From: Lama glama
Lineage: Eukaryota
Assembly: GCA_028534125.1 (NCBI GenBank)
Contig: CM052851.1
Location: 6,572,001-6,636,000 of the forward strand
DNA length: 64,000 bases
Reading direction: 5' to 3'
The notes below the pieces were generated by a model. That model was not told the origin of the DNA, did not search any database, and saw only the letters and a list, made by a program, of their open reading frames with translations. The stretch's first letter is position 1. Every line of letters starts with the position of its first letter. Position numbers and translations under genes: made by a program. Shown here in pieces: positions 45,501 to 58,981 of this stretch.

Positions 45501-48500
45501 TGCCTGTGCCCCTCACCATGTACGGCATGGCCCCTTTGGGTCCCTGGGCAGCCAGGAAGGCCTCCCCCACCCATCATGGGCAGGAAGAAGGAGGTTGGCT
45601 TAAAGATAAGTACATCACTGTGGTTGGAAGAGGGCTTTCCTTCTGTGAAACAGAGATCAAACTGATTTTACAGACTGTTTCTTTCCATCCATAACCCTAG
45701 AGGTCTTGGTTTAAAGTGTTTTACTAAAAGTTACCAGGTTGGGATTTGCTGTGGAATATGTTTGGTGTCAGCGTTTTATCAGCTGGGGAAAGACTATAGT
45801 GCGGTACCTCTTAAATGTGCTGGATGTGACCTTCAGGAGTGGCGTCCTCTAGGTGGACCGAGAAGGGGTAGGTTTCTCCTTCTTGGAGACCCCATTCGTC
45901 TGTCATTGCAAAGGTCCCGTGTCACTCAACAGAGGAAGTCAGAGGAGGGCAGTGCATTCCAGGCTCCCTGGCCCACCGCCTCTGTGCTCCCTTTGCTGAT
46001 AGCATGGAAAGCAGGTGTTTCCCTCTCAGAACGATCAGGCCAACAGAAAACCTGGGTCCCGGACAAGCAGCATACATTTCTGTTGTCTGCCGACCTCATC
46101 CCCTAGAAACAGAGCATCCTCCAGGAGGCTGCGTGGACATTAGAGTTGCTAATTATGTTTACTTCCAGTTCCCACCCTGTCTGCCTGGCCCCCCCTAACT
46201 TTCCCCCATGGTCCCTAATGTGTGTAGGAAACATTGTCTGGAAAGATAACGTAGGGCCTGTGCAGGTCCAAAGCCTTTGGGGTGCAGCCCAGGCTCTGCA
46301 ACAGACCCCTGAGAATTGTTACAGGGACGAGAAGGGGCCTCTGGGGGGTCTTGGGCTGTTCTTCTCCATTGTGCTAATCTACTTTAAAAATCATGTTCTT
46401 CTGTGTCAGCAGAGAAAGGTGACCTGCGGGGACAGCATTCATTCTTGGGTGCCACCTGAGTGACTGATAAAGTGCATTCCAAAGGGCATCTGGGGCCTGG
46501 TGGGGCTGGTGGCCTTGGCTCCCAGGCTGCTGGCTGCCTGCGCAGTCACAGCAGTGCCTGGGAGGGAGCAGGACCTTCCCACCGCCGCCGGTCCTCAGTG
46601 GGCAGCGGCAGGAGGAGTCGTCCAAATGGAGGCCCCAACCCAGGAGGCAGGGGTCTGGCCAGGGCTCTCGTGCCATTGTCCCTACGAGGCTGTGAGCTGA
46701 GCCATAACTTTTGTACCTCGTTTTCCCCTGTGGGAGTCAAGTCAGCAGGGGCGTGTTTCAACTTAGATTAGGAGATCAGAGCTCAGTCGGCCTGGCTCTC
46801 TGCTGACCACTGCCACGTGAACCTTGGTTATCACAGCAGCTGCGTCTGTGAGGATGCCCCTGTCTTTCAGATGAGACAGAGGCTTAGCAAAGTTAAGTAG
46901 CCCAAGAAGGCACAGGCTAACACTAGTTGGCACTGGGATTTGAACCCAGCAGAGGTGCGTACTAGTGTGCTGAAAGGCGGTGCTCTAGGGTGAGGAGCTC
47001 TGAGAGCTTGGCTCAGGGAAGTCTTGCTGGCCCTGCTAGGTTGGTGCTGTGCAGGTATCAGCTCTCCCCGAATGCCCAGGGGCCACCCTTCTTCTCTTCA
47101 GGCCCCAGATCAGACTCCAAGTCCAGAAATGGGCCTGAGGTCTGGGGCTTTGAACAGCATTGCTGAGATTTTTACCCTATTCTCTGCCTGCAGCCAGAAA
47201 TTGCCCCCACCAAGCCATCCATGATGGGCACTAGGAGTCCTGGCTAAGGCTGGCCGGTTCCCTGGGTTCTCACTTGCCCTTCTGCTGACTGACCCTGTTT
47301 TTTAGGCTCCATCCAAGGTCAGGAGCCATCTGCTTCCTCAGCACTGGGGTAGGGGGCTGCCTGGAGCAAACCTGGAGCCCTCTGACCCAGAGGTGTCCCT
47401 TCCTGCTGACCACCTCCTGAGATGTCCAGCTTTTCAGCAGGGTTTTCTGCAGCCTATAGAACAGCTCCACGAGGTTGCCCAAAAGCCTTGTTCAAGGCTG
47501 AGTACTGCATCCGTTCTGGGTTCCCCGTGCCCACAGTACAGATGACAGGAGGTTCAAGTCCCAGGTCAGCACTTCAGAAGCTGAGGGCCCTAAGGAGCTG
47601 CTGAGCCCTGGGGAGTCACCTCAGTAAAACAGGAATAGCAATACCAGCCTCATGGTTCTTGTTGATTACAGGAATTTACATGTGTTAAGCTTTTGCCCTA
47701 GTGCCTGGTGGCCAGTTAAGTGTTCAACAAATGTCAGCTGAATAAAAATAAAGACACTGAAAAATCCAGGGATTCCCAGACTTTGGGGAGGAAGACCTTT
47801 TTCCAAATAACATCCTGAGGAGTCTGGCAGAGGGGGAAGCACTGACTCAGCAGGGGCTTCCCTTCAGTCTCCAGGACCTTCTCTGGGTCCCTGGTCCCCG
47901 ACCTCAGCACAGCTACCCTCCTCAAAGCCTTCCTCTCGCTACCACCCCCGACCCTAGCCAGCACTGGCTGGGAATGTCGCAGGCTCTGCCCAGGGTGTGG
48001 GCCGCTCTGCCCGCAGAAGAGTGGTACTAGCCTGTGCTGGCGCGGCACCTGTTCCGAGGCTGCGAGCCTGGCGGCCGGCTGGGCAGCAGCTGGCCCAAGC
48101 GCCTGCAAATGCTCGGTTTATATTTGGGATACGAGGCATTCTTCACGCGTTAGGGGCGGCCGTTGCCTACACACCCATCCGAATCTGAGCTTCTTGAGCC
48201 CAAAATACAAATCCTGTGAACAAATAATTGCAAACATTTACCGGGTGCCTACAGTGTGCCAGGCGCTCACTCACACTCAAAGCAGAAGTCCGATGTCTTC
48301 ATGTTGCAGATGAAGAGATGGAGGCTCGGAGAGGGTTATCCCACTGGCTGTTGAGTAGAAGGTTCAGGATTCAAATGTGGGCCTGATTCCAGAGTCCAGC
48401 TGTCTTCTTCTTGGCCCCCCATCCTTTGTTGCTTATTTCTAGGCCAGATTTATTGAGGTCTGTGTTACATACAGTAAAATTCACTCTGTGAAGCAGCGGT

Positions 48501-51500
48501 GTACCCACCACCAGGACCAAGATACAGAGTTTCCATCACCCCCAGAAAGTTCCCCACACCCCTTTGTAGTCCCTCCTGGCCCAGATAGCCACTGATGTTT
48601 GTCCCTCAAGTTGTGCCTTTCCAGAAAGTTGTAAGTGGAATCATACAGTGTGAAGCCTTCTGTGTCTGCATTTCACTGGGCATGTGCTTTTGAGGTTCAT
48701 TGTGTATTTGAGAGTCTGCAGTTCATTCCTTTTGGGAGCTGTTGTCTCCCATCACATGGATGGACTGTGACTTGTCATCCATGCACCTGTTAAAGGGCAT
48801 CTGTGTTTCCAGTTTGGGGCAGTTTTAAATAAAGCTGCTGTAAACCTTCATGTAGAGTACAAATTTTAATTTCTTAATTTGTCTTGGGTAAATACCTAGA
48901 TGTGGGAGGCCCCTTTCTCCTAACCACTGTACCCCACTGGAAAGTCCTTCCCTTAAGAACTTTAGCTTAAGGAAGCTCAGAACAAGTTCACAGGGTAGAC
49001 TCTTAGCTCTTTAATCTTTCTTGTTCCCCTGCACCCCTTCCTCCTGGCCCCAGCGTGAGTTAGAAGCCTGCATGATGAGAGCTATAGCAAGAAGCACTGA
49101 GGCCCACGCAGCTTGAATGGCAGGAAGCAAAAGTCGATTAGAGACAAACCGTCTATTGTTTGTGTTCTAGAAACTTCTGGAATGTATGAAGCAGCTTTTC
49201 CCCCAGCTGCTGAAAGTACCTGTGTTCGGAGGGGGCTGGGCTGGGGTGAGGACGCATCACAACTGCTCCCTTCACCTTGGTGCCGGAGGGCGGGACTCGT
49301 GACTCTCGATGGGAAGGCAGCCCGGGTCCCCGAGGTCAGCCTGCAGAGCGGCTCCTCTTTCCCTCTCCTCCCTCACCCTCAGGACTGTGTATATAGCAAA
49401 ACATGCATAATGTGAGTTACCATTTTAACAATTTTAAGTGCACAGTTCAGTAGCATTAACTACATTCTCATTGTTGTGCAAACATCACCACCACCAAGTC
49501 CTGAACTTTTTGCATCTTTCCAAACTGAAACTGTCCCCATTAAACAACAACCCCCTTCTTCCCTTTCCCAGCCTTTGGACCCCACCGTTCTTTCTGTCTC
49601 TGGATTGGACTCTGGGGACTTCAGACTAGTGGAATCACACTCTTTAACTGGCTTATTTCATAAAGTCTTCAAGGTCCCAGAACTCTGAGCCAGAGCTTGT
49701 CTCTTACCAGCACTGGCTTTTATTCACACTGCAGGCTCAGCCTTTTTTTCCTAGTTCACCCGCTTGGAGCGTGTTGTCCGGGTCCTTTGTGGGTGTCAGC
49801 GCCCTCACAACCATCTGCCTGAAACTACAGCACCTGGTCCACACGCGGTGGGCGGGGAATAGTTTTCTCCCCATCAGGCACCGTGCCTTCCCGCTTCTGC
49901 TGAGGAATTGCTCTGCCTTTTGTGGGGTCTGATGCCTGATCCTGCCCCTGAGGCCGACCTCTACGTGTCAGTGCCTGGGGCAGTGCTCAGAGGGGGCAGG
50001 AGGTTCCTCCCTGGACTTGTCACCTGCCACCGAGCCTTAGGCCTCTGGTGGCCTCTGGGCACCACAGCTATGGGTTAGTCCAGCCTTCAGTGCCTGTGGT
50101 GACACTCAGGCTGAGTGAGGGATTGGTGGGCTGAGGGGTGTTGGATGGGCCTAGTGGTGGCGGTGGCCATGTGCTAGGATATGGTCCTCCACCTGCAATG
50201 ACGTTGCAAAGACCAGATCGTTGTGACCCTCTTCGTAACCTGTGGGCGTGCTTGGCCAGCCACCGGGTCTCTCTCACCAAGTGTGAGCACTTTCCTTACA
50301 AACAGGAAATTTCCTTCATCTGCGAAAAAACGGTTTTAGCTCTGTTGGCTTCAACTTGAGGTGTTGGCAAGTAACTGGATTTGTGGGCGGGGCCGTGGGG
50401 GACACCTCGGATCTGGTTGGGCTCCCAGACCTGGTGCCTCCTTCAGAGACTCTCTTCCTCCTCCTCCTCTCTCTCCCCCTCCCCACTATGTACCCCCCAC
50501 CGCTGGCCACTGGGGGAGGGGAAGAGTGAGGCCGCATTGGGTGGAGTCTGGGGGTGACCTCAGCTCCCTGCATGCTGTCCTGACTCTGGAGCCAAAGCTA
50601 ACTCGGCCTCCAGCCTAGCCCATCAGGGCGCCCCTGTTCCCATCACCTCGGTTTTGGCATCGCCGCCTCCCCAGCTGTGTGAATCTGTGGTCTGATTTGA
50701 ACTTCTGGTGGTCTGAGGACAAACAGTGTGATGAGGGAAGAAGTGGGGCCTCATTTTTGCTGAGAGGGAGCTGCCGTTCAGTCCTGAGTCATCGCTTTTC
50801 CAGCACTGACCTGCCGGTCCCAGAGCCAACCATAAAAGGAGGTGGTGGCCTGGCCGGGCCACCCGACTCCCAGCCCGCTCCCCTCCGCCTGCTCCTCGTG
50901 TCTGGAGCCCCTTGTACTTTGGAACCAGCAGCCTGGGTGGTGGCTAGTGGCGGGCACAGGAGTGAGCCGGCCCTTGCCCTGTCCCCTCCCAAGCCCTCTG
51001 GGTGCAGGGGATCTGGTGCCCAGCCATTTCTGACGTCTGCTTGGGCCTCTGGAAGGCTGATGGCTCCCCTGCCTGGGCTCAAGTTCAATTCACAGGGGCT
51101 TTGCTGCTTCCACCCTGTTAAGAAATGACCGCTGTGGGGGCTGCCTCCGACCAGAGCGGCCTGTTTCCCCCTGTGCTGGGGTGGGAACAGGTTGTCCTGC
51201 GAGGCTACGGGCTCAGTTGAGGGAAGCAGTGCTTTTTGGGCTTTCCTTCAGTTTCGGTGTCTCGGCACAGGGACAAAAACTGGCCTCTGGGCTTAGAGCC
51301 AGGCTAAATGTTTGTCACTCTTTGTTCCTGACCAGTGATGCAGTCCCAGCCACTCAGTCTTCATTCCATGGGGCCCTACCATCTTCCCCGATCCCCGCCC
51401 CCGGCCTGGGCCTGCCCGACCCATGGGTGTCATTCCAGTGCTGGGGCCTGTGCTGGGAGCCCGACACATCACCTCCTTTAATCGTCCCTGTGACCTTAGG

Positions 51501-54500
51501 AGAAGGAACTGTTATTTGACTTTTATAGATGAAAAAGTATACATCAGAAATTAAGAACTTCAGGCCACAGAATCGGTGGCTGGAGCCTGGAGTTGAATCC
51601 AGAGCTTTCTTACTAAAAGCCTATGTTTTTTCTGAGTGCCCCGGTGTGGAATGCTGCTGCTCCAGGCACCCAGATGACTCAAGCCCACTTGAACCTGGGG
51701 GCCTGGCAGCCAAATGTTTGTCTCAACAAACACAGCTTCACCCTGGGCCCACCCCGCACGTCCCTTTTAGCTTAGAGCCCTCGTGTGCAGGGGGCCAGCT
51801 TTCTGGCTCCATTGGAGGCGGCCTCATCAGGGCAGCTGTGGACTTGCATTCAGCCCGGAGGGCCTGGCGGGACAGGAGAGCTGGACTGCGCTCTGGTGAA
51901 CTGCTCAGCTGGTGTCTTACAAGAGGGACGCTGAGGGATGCCCTCCCCTTGGCACTGTGAGTCACTCTAGGCCTTTTGTTGACACTTTGTCCCTTTCTTT
52001 GGTCTCCCCCTCTACCTGCTACTTTTCTGTTTCCTGCCGTCCAGGGAAGGCCTGTCAATCCCAGCCTGGTCAGGGTGGGGAGTATGGGAGCAGGCCCTGC
52101 GGGTGGGGGAGGTTGATTTTGGCCCATTTCTGGGCAGTGTCCCAGGCCCTTCTTTATAGGAGCGGCTTCTCTGGCTTCTTCCCAGGAGCGTGACTACTCT
52201 GGTTCCTAAGTACACAGTGGTTCCTAAGAAGTATGGCCTGCATTTCGGGTGGCCTATGGTAGGAGCTGAAGAACCAGGAGATGTGCCTAGAATCATCCAG
52301 AGAGGAGATAGCAGCTCAGGGGCTGGGACCCAAGCTTCCCCAAAACTTTTAGGTCATTGTTTCCACATAGTCTTCCTGCCTTTCCTTAGTGTTCTTAAAA
52401 GATGAGAAACAGAATTTTCACTTTTTCTGGGGACAGTGCCTCCAGAAGTGGAACATTTTGAAGTGGTATAATTGTAAGATAGGATACAAATTAAACCACT
52501 ATTGCCCAGTCTTGCAAATCCACTGGCTTAAATCAGGTATCTGATGGTCCAAGGCCACCCTGAACCCAAGGTGGCTATTCCAGCTCCTGCCATCACACCT
52601 ACCTTCCAGTCCTCGGGGAGGGAGAAGAGGACAAAGGGTTCGTGCGCCTTTTCTTTTCTTGTTCATTTCTGCTGCGAGAGAGGCTGGAAAATTCAGTCTT
52701 AAGCTGAGGGGGTTGTGTGAATGCAGCTAAAATTAGACAGTTCTGTTATTAAAGGAAGCGTCCCACGCAGCAGTCTGCCACACGTGGCATGGTTCACCAG
52801 TGGGCCTTTATTGGTTGGTGGGAAACAGCAGGGAATAGAGTTGAGATCAGGAGTTTAGTCCAGTCATTTTAGAGAAGCTTTTAAGACCTGGAGAGGGAAG
52901 TGGTTTGCAGTGCTTCATAGGCTTGCGGTAGAGCAGAGGTCACTGAACTGTTTCTGTAAGGGTCAGGGTGTTAATATGTTTGGCTTTGTAGGCCTTAGAA
53001 TATCTGCCACGATAACTGAGCTCTGCTGTTGCAGCACAAAAGCAGCTGTAGATGGTACAGATGAGTGGGCTGTGTGCCAATAAAACTTTATTAATGAATA
53101 CAGGTGGCAGGCCAGATCTGGCCCCCGAGCTGTAGTTTGCAACCCCTGTTGTAGAGAATTAATGAGATTCTTGCAGAGCAGGGAGCCCCACATGTAGCAC
53201 TGAACAGGTAGCAGCTGCGGGTCTCGCTGCTGTTTGCCGCTGCCGTGCAGGGGCCCCTGCGGTGCTGAGCCATGCTGCTGGGGGTCTCCTCCTCACTCTT
53301 GCTGTAGTTGGACCCACCCTAGAGCTTGGACTCTGACTTCCTTTGCATTGTTTGTTAAGCACCTCTTCATGCCAGGTGCTATATTGGTGAGGGTGTTACC
53401 ATGATGGGTACAGAAGTAGGGAGGCCTGGTGACCCTGCCCTCAGGGTGCTGTGCTGTCCACATGAGTACATTCTTGGAATTTAAATGACCCCAGGCTGCG
53501 AAGTACTAGGCCAAGTCAGAGACAAGACCCATCAGAGCCTCCTGGCCCCTGGCTCCCCTGACTCACCCTCTTTCTCTTCCCACAGGTTATGACTTCGCGG
53601 CCGTCCTGGAGTGGTTCGCCGAGCGGGTTGACCGCATCATCCTGCTCTTTGATGCCCACAAGTTGGACATCTCTGACGAGTTCTCGGAAGTCATCAAGGC
53701 CCTCAAGAACCACGAGGACAAGATCCGCGTGGTGCTGAACAAGGCTGACCAGATCGAGACCCAGCAGCTGATGCGGGTCTATGGGGCCCTCATGTGGTCC
53801 CTGGGGAAGATCATCAACACGCCCGAGGTGGTCCGGGTGTACATCGGCTCCTTCTGGTCCCACCCACTCCTCATCCCTGACAACCGCAAGCTCTTCGAGG
53901 CTGAGGAGCAAGACCTCTTCAAAGACATCCAGTCTCTGCCCCGAAACGCCGCCCTCCGGAAGCTCAATGACCTGATCAAGCGGGCACGGCTGGCCAAGGT
54001 AGAGCTGGCAGTGGGGACGGCCCAGGGGCCTCTGGGACAGCCACTCAGGGCACTGGCATTGGATGCCCAAGACCCAGGCCTTCAGAGCCATGGCCATGCT
54101 GTTCCATGCTTTGCCTGGACCTGTCCTCTGGTGCACCTGCGGGTGCAGCCTTTTCCTAAGTGAGATTCTTTTTAACTCATATAAACATCAAAGAGGATGG
54201 TACCACTGTACCAAGGGGCACCCTGGGAAGTAGAGAGTGGGAGAGGGTGCTGCTTGAGGCCTCATCGGCCCCCTCCCCGGGTCTGCTGAGCACTGCAGTG
54301 CACTCAGCAGGTGCTGGGCACTGGGGCCACAGTGGGGACTGATGGGCCCCCACCCTCCTGGCACTGGCCATCTGAGTGGGAGAAAGGAGGACACATAAAG
54401 AAAGAGTATGATGTATTTGTAGTGTCTTGGGGTAAGCATGGGGTGCTGCAGAGGCAGGTGACTGGAGAGCGATCCTGGGTGGGGGTGGGCAGGACCAGGG

Positions 54501-57454
54501 GACCTCAAGCGGGAGATGACTCTCAGGCCGGGACAGGAGGTAGTCAGTGGAGAGATGGGGCACAAGCCTGCGGGCCCAGAGAGAACTGCTGGGTGGCCTC
54601 CACCCAAGAGGCCTTGTCAATCATCCCTGCCCCTCCGTGGAATCGCTGTGGGCCTGCTGGCAGATGCTGACTACGTCTGGATTGCTCAAGAGTTTGGAAT
54701 CTCAGTGCCTGGCCAAGCACTTCAGGGAGATCCTGGGTGGCTGGGGCTGGGAAACAAAGGTTAAGACCACTATTGGACCCTTCAAACACTGAGAAACAGA
54801 ATGTGTTTCCTTAGGACATGTGATTTTGAATGGCACCATATCGGGAGCCTCTTTGGGTGGCAGGGCCTGTCCTGCAAGAGCCAGGAGGAGCCCCAAGGGC
54901 TGTGCTCCTGTCCGCAGGAAGCCGGCTGCCTGCATGCCCAGAGGTTTTGCGACTGCATAGGCCGAACACAGTGGCCCGGGGCACCCCATGCCGTCTTGAG
55001 GCCCAGAGTCAGGTAGCTTTGGGTGCTCCCTGGCCTGAGTAATGGAAGTGACCCTTCATCCCTACTTCCGGCTGCGTCTTCACCCTCATTACCTAAAGTA
55101 CTCCTGGACCCACAGATTGGAATTTACTAGAAGCGTAGGGTCTCAGGTCCCACCTCTGCCCTATGGAGCCAGGATCTGCATTTGGACACAGTCCCCTGGT
55201 GATCTGTGTGCATAGTAAAGATGCAGAAGCCTGCTCTGGAGGCTGCATATTTCTCTAGATATCTCACTTCTGGAACCTTCCTGGTGAGTAGAGCTGGTTC
55301 TGAGGAAGGAACCCTTGTAACTAGCTCCTAGCCTCAAATGGCCAAGGGACGGCCTGAGCTGAAGAGGGAGTGGCAGTAAGTGGAGGAGAGAGCTGGCCTC
55401 CTATTTTCCGGTCCGGTCTCTGCTCAGTTGCAGGGAAAGGCAGCTCCCCTGTCCCCTGCCCAGCCTCTCTCCTGGCAGGGCCACCCATGCTCTCACTTAG
55501 GCTCCTTCCAGGAAAGAACAAAGGGCAGACTTCAGCCCCTGCTGGCCCTTGGGCACACTGAGTCACCATGTCTGGAAAGCCCCGTCCTCTCCAATCTTGT
55601 CCTGCACCTGCTGATTTGAGACTGTTCCCTTTTTGTGGAATAAGTTGCTCTCTCTGCTGGCCTGTGATGGGTGGAGCTGTGACTGTGACTGTGACCGGCT
55701 TGCTTCCCTTGGTCAGTGCTCAGCCAGTCTCCCGGCCCTGAGCAGACAGGGTCAGGCCAGCAGAGGGGGTTTTATGGGGTGGAGCTGGCAGTCTGGGAGA
55801 AGGTTGCATGAGGCTGACTGGCCACAGCCCCTCCATGGCTGGATGTTGCTTGGCAAGGGACTGTAGTGCCCTCAGAAGGTTGCCAGCATTACTGGCCCAC
55901 TATCAGGAAGTGAAGGGTGTGCTGTCTTAATTGGCAGATGTCTAACCAAGGTACTGAGCTTAGATAAAGCCTGAAACATCTGGGAAAAGCCTTGTGTGAT
56001 TTTTCTAACCCTTAATTGTCCCCGAGGTTGTCAGGATGATAGAGGGGAACATAGCTTGGGTTGTGCTGGAGTTTTGTGAACTGGACATCAGCATCCAAAG
56101 ACTCGTGTAAGCAGGATGGTGTGAACATGTTCTGTGTCTGATGGACTGAGGCGCTGCCGAGGGAGGTGGGTGTGCCGCCGAGAAACAGAATGTGGGCTTC
56201 AGGGTGACAACAGTCCCAGCTGTCTGGGGCAGCCTAGGTGCAGGGCATGCTTCTGACGAGGTGTCCAGGAAGCACCTGACACCTGCCCCTTCCCTGTCTN
56301 NNNNNNNNNNNNNNNNNNNNNNNNNNNNNNNNNNNNNNNNNNNNNNNNNNNNNNNNNNNNNNNNNNNNNNNNNNNNNNNNNNNNNNNNNNNNNNNNNNNN
56401 NNNNNNNNNNNNNNNNNNNNNNNNNNNNNNNATCTCCCCCGGCGACTTCCCAAACCTCCGCAAGATGCAGGTATGGCTGTCTCTTGCACCCTAAGAGGGC
56501 TGCTGGTGATCAGGGAGTGAGGAAGGTGCTGGGGCAGTGGTTTTGGAGGAAACCGTGGCTCCATTGGTTGGGGCTTCCGAAAGTGGAAGCAGCTGGGTTA
56601 ATCAGCACCCCACCCGAACTGGAGAAGTTGACCACGGCCGTGACAGCTCACAGGGGAATGTGGTGACTCACCCTGAATGGTAGGGAGAGGGCAGGGCTGT
56701 GCCAGGCATCCCAACCTCCAAGTTTATCCCTGCCACAGCCCTGCAAGAAGGAGACTGTTGTACCTCTGATTTACAGATGGGGGAGCCCAGGCCCAGAGGG
56801 GTTAACTGAGTTGCCTGGGATGTTAAGGGGTTGGGGCCTTGTTGTGGAGCCAGCTCTTTCTTCTTGGGATCCCTTGCCGGAGTCCGGGAGGCCCAATCCA
56901 GTCCCGTCCTTCCTCCTTTCCCACCACAGGAGCTCTTGCAGACCCAGGACTTCAGCAAGTTCCAGGCCCTGAAGCCCAAGCTGCTGGACACAGTGGACGA
57001 CATGCTGGCCAACGACATCGCCCGGCTGATGGTGATGGTGCGCCAGGAGGAGTCCCTGATGCCCGCCCAGGTGGTGAAGGGCGGCGCCTTCGAGGGCACC
57101 ATGAATGGGCCCTTTGGGCATGGCTATGGCGAGGGGGCCGGCGAGGGCATTGATGACGTCGAGTGGGTGGTGGGCAAGGACAAGCCCACCTACGATGAGA
57201 TCTTCTACACCCTGTCGCCCGTCAACGGCAAGATCACGGGCGCCAACGCCAAGAAGGAGATGGTGAAGTCCAAGCTGCCCAACACAGTCCTGGGGAAGAT
57301 CTGGAAGCTGGCCGACGTGGACCGGGATGGGCTGCTGGACGATGAGGAGTTCGCGCTGGCCAACCACCTCATCAAAGTCAAGCTGGAGGGCCACGAGCTG
57401 CCCGCTGACCTGCCCCCACACCTGATCCCTCCCTCCAAGCGGAGGCACGAGTGA
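39524..57454 (+). CDS. EHD1: EH domain-containing protein 1 (dynamin-like ATPase), 5 coding exons, 1605 nt / 534 aa
   Basis: Exons 39524-39927 (AT[G], N-run, then P-loop GQYSTGKT), 43344-43441 ([13 protein letters not shown]), 53586-53998 (LNKAD), ~56306-56470 (start inside N-run, inferred from orthologue length), 56930-57454 (EH domain, ends [10 protein letters not shown]). Confidence 0.96.
39526..39713. other. N-run (188 nt) inside EHD1 exon 1
   Basis: Seen directly. Confidence 0.99.
48440..48905 (-). mobile_element. Old L1M fragment in EHD1 intron 2
   Basis: tttattgagg..tacatacagtaaaattcac..tttccatcacccc..ggaatcatacag..tttccagtttggggc..tcttgggtaaatacctag. Confidence 0.75.
49385..49670 (-). 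mobile_element. L1MA/L1MB 3' end fragment in EHD1 intron 2
   Basis: ttaccattttaac..ttttaagtgcacagttcagtagcatta..tacattc.cattgttgtgcaa..aactgaaactgtccccattaaacaa. Confidence 0.75.
52935..53148 (+). mobile_element. MER58A DNA transposon
   Basis: tttctgtaagggtcag..ggctttgtaggcc..ctctgctgttgcagcacaaaagcagc..ccaataaaactttatt..gctgtagtttgcaacccctg. Confidence 0.8.
55085..55240. mobile_element. MER5A-type hAT remnant
   Basis: tctcaggtcccacc..atctgcattt..cccctggtgatctgtgtgcatagtaaag..agaagc..gctct. Confidence 0.55.
56300..56431. other. N-run (132 nt) covering the acceptor and 5' part of EHD1 exon 4
   Basis: Seen directly. Confidence 0.99.
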
Positions 57455-58975
57455 CCACCCCGCCATCCACGACCCCACCTCAGTGCCCAGCCAGGTGGAG
57501 GCTAGGGGAGGGGAGGGTTAGTGGTTCTCAAGTCCATAAAGACTGAGTGATGTTTCCTCAGCTCACAAAAGAAAACCACCATCTTTCTCTTAAGGCTGCT
57601 CTTAGGGGAGGCAGGGGTGATACTCATATGTGAATGATGGAATTTTGTGCATAAGAACTACGGATATTTTTAATATATAATGTTAGAGGCAGCGTTCTTT
57701 CTTGCCTCCTCCAGCTGGCAGCCCCACGCACGCACAGCCGCTGCCCTCCCCGCCTTCTCTGCGGCCCACGCAGCAGCCCCGTGACCGAGACCTGGGGGAA
57801 GCCACCCGGCACGCCCTTCCAGTCTCTGGGGGCCCTGAGGACACGTGCAGACCCAGATTGGGATTCCCTTTTGTGTCTAGGTGGAGTCGCTCCATCCGGA
57901 CTGCAGCTTCCCTCCCCACCCAGTCCTGCCTCCTCCTAGGCTCCCAGATGGAGTTGGATCTCGTGCCTTCCTTCTTCCCTTCCCCATGGCCCCCTGTCTG
58001 CAAGTCCTGCTCCTTGCTCTCATGTCTCCCTGGCTCCACAGCCACAGAAGCAAGGCCCAGCTGCCTTTTTGAGGGGACTCCAAGGGATGGGTGGATGTGG
58101 GAGACTGTCTTCCGGAAAAATACATAAGCTGATTTTTGATCTGTAAAATGACACCTCTCATACTTGACTGAATTTTCCAGTAACTTCCCAACCTCTTGTT
58201 CAGAAGCTGTGATCTTTGTCCCCTTCCCCACACTCCAGCCGGGGGACAGCTCCACTTGGGAGCCATTAGAGGTGGGGTATGCGCAGAGCACACCCTGCCC
58301 GAGACCCCAGAGCTTGTGTTTTCCTGCTTCATCCTCTCACTTTCCTGGAACATTTCTGGGCACCTCCCTGCCCCACCTCTGGTGGATGGTGGGTCCCCGT
58401 GAGCCTGCTATGGCGTGGTGCTCCAGGTACAGAGACCAGGGACAACCCGGCCCCTTCCCTTTCCCACCTGCCGCCTTCCCCACTCCTGAGCACAGGAGGA
58501 TGGCAACTTGACTTGGATGCCCTTAAAGCAGTCCCCCAGGCTGAGCAGCCTGGGCTGGCAAGCAACCAAGTCAGGCCTCCTCACTCTGCTTTGCCTCGGC
58601 TGGGCTGTCCAAGCACAGCCTCTGGGGGCCTGGGTGTCCTGCTGGCCAACGTTCAGCTGCCAGGGCCTGGCGCTGCCACTGCAGAGCCACTGTGCCAGGG
58701 GGAGCAGGCTTCCCACCAAGACCGCCCATGGGGTCTCAGGACTCCTCCACTCTGACCTCTGACCCCTGACCCTGCCCACCCTTCCAATGCTGCCCTCTGG
58801 GCCTCAGCTGGGTCCCAGTCACCGGGAACAACTGGTTGCCTCCCGCTGGCTGTGGCCCACCATTCACATGGTATTGGGAGGATAGAGGCAGCATCCTCAT
58901 TGGAAACTCACTGAGGTGCAGTGGCTTATCCACATTTGTGGGAAGAAAAAGCAACTGAAGACAAGGCTTTCTCAC

Positions 58976-58981
58976 ATTAAA
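58976..58981 (+). terminator. Probable main EHD1 polyadenylation signal (ATTAAA)
   Basis: First canonical-class hexamer I found after the stop (~1.5 kb), with GT/T-rich sequence downstream; variant AATATA at 57672 and a distal AATAAA pair at 60715/60738 are alternatives. Confidence 0.55.

Noticed and set aside
56771-57478. 235-aa antisense ORF over EHD1 exon 5 (similarly 53516-54136 over exon 3)
   Set aside because: Mirror of a GC3-rich coding exon, which suppresses antisense stops; no recognisable protein or independent promoter/splice evidence.
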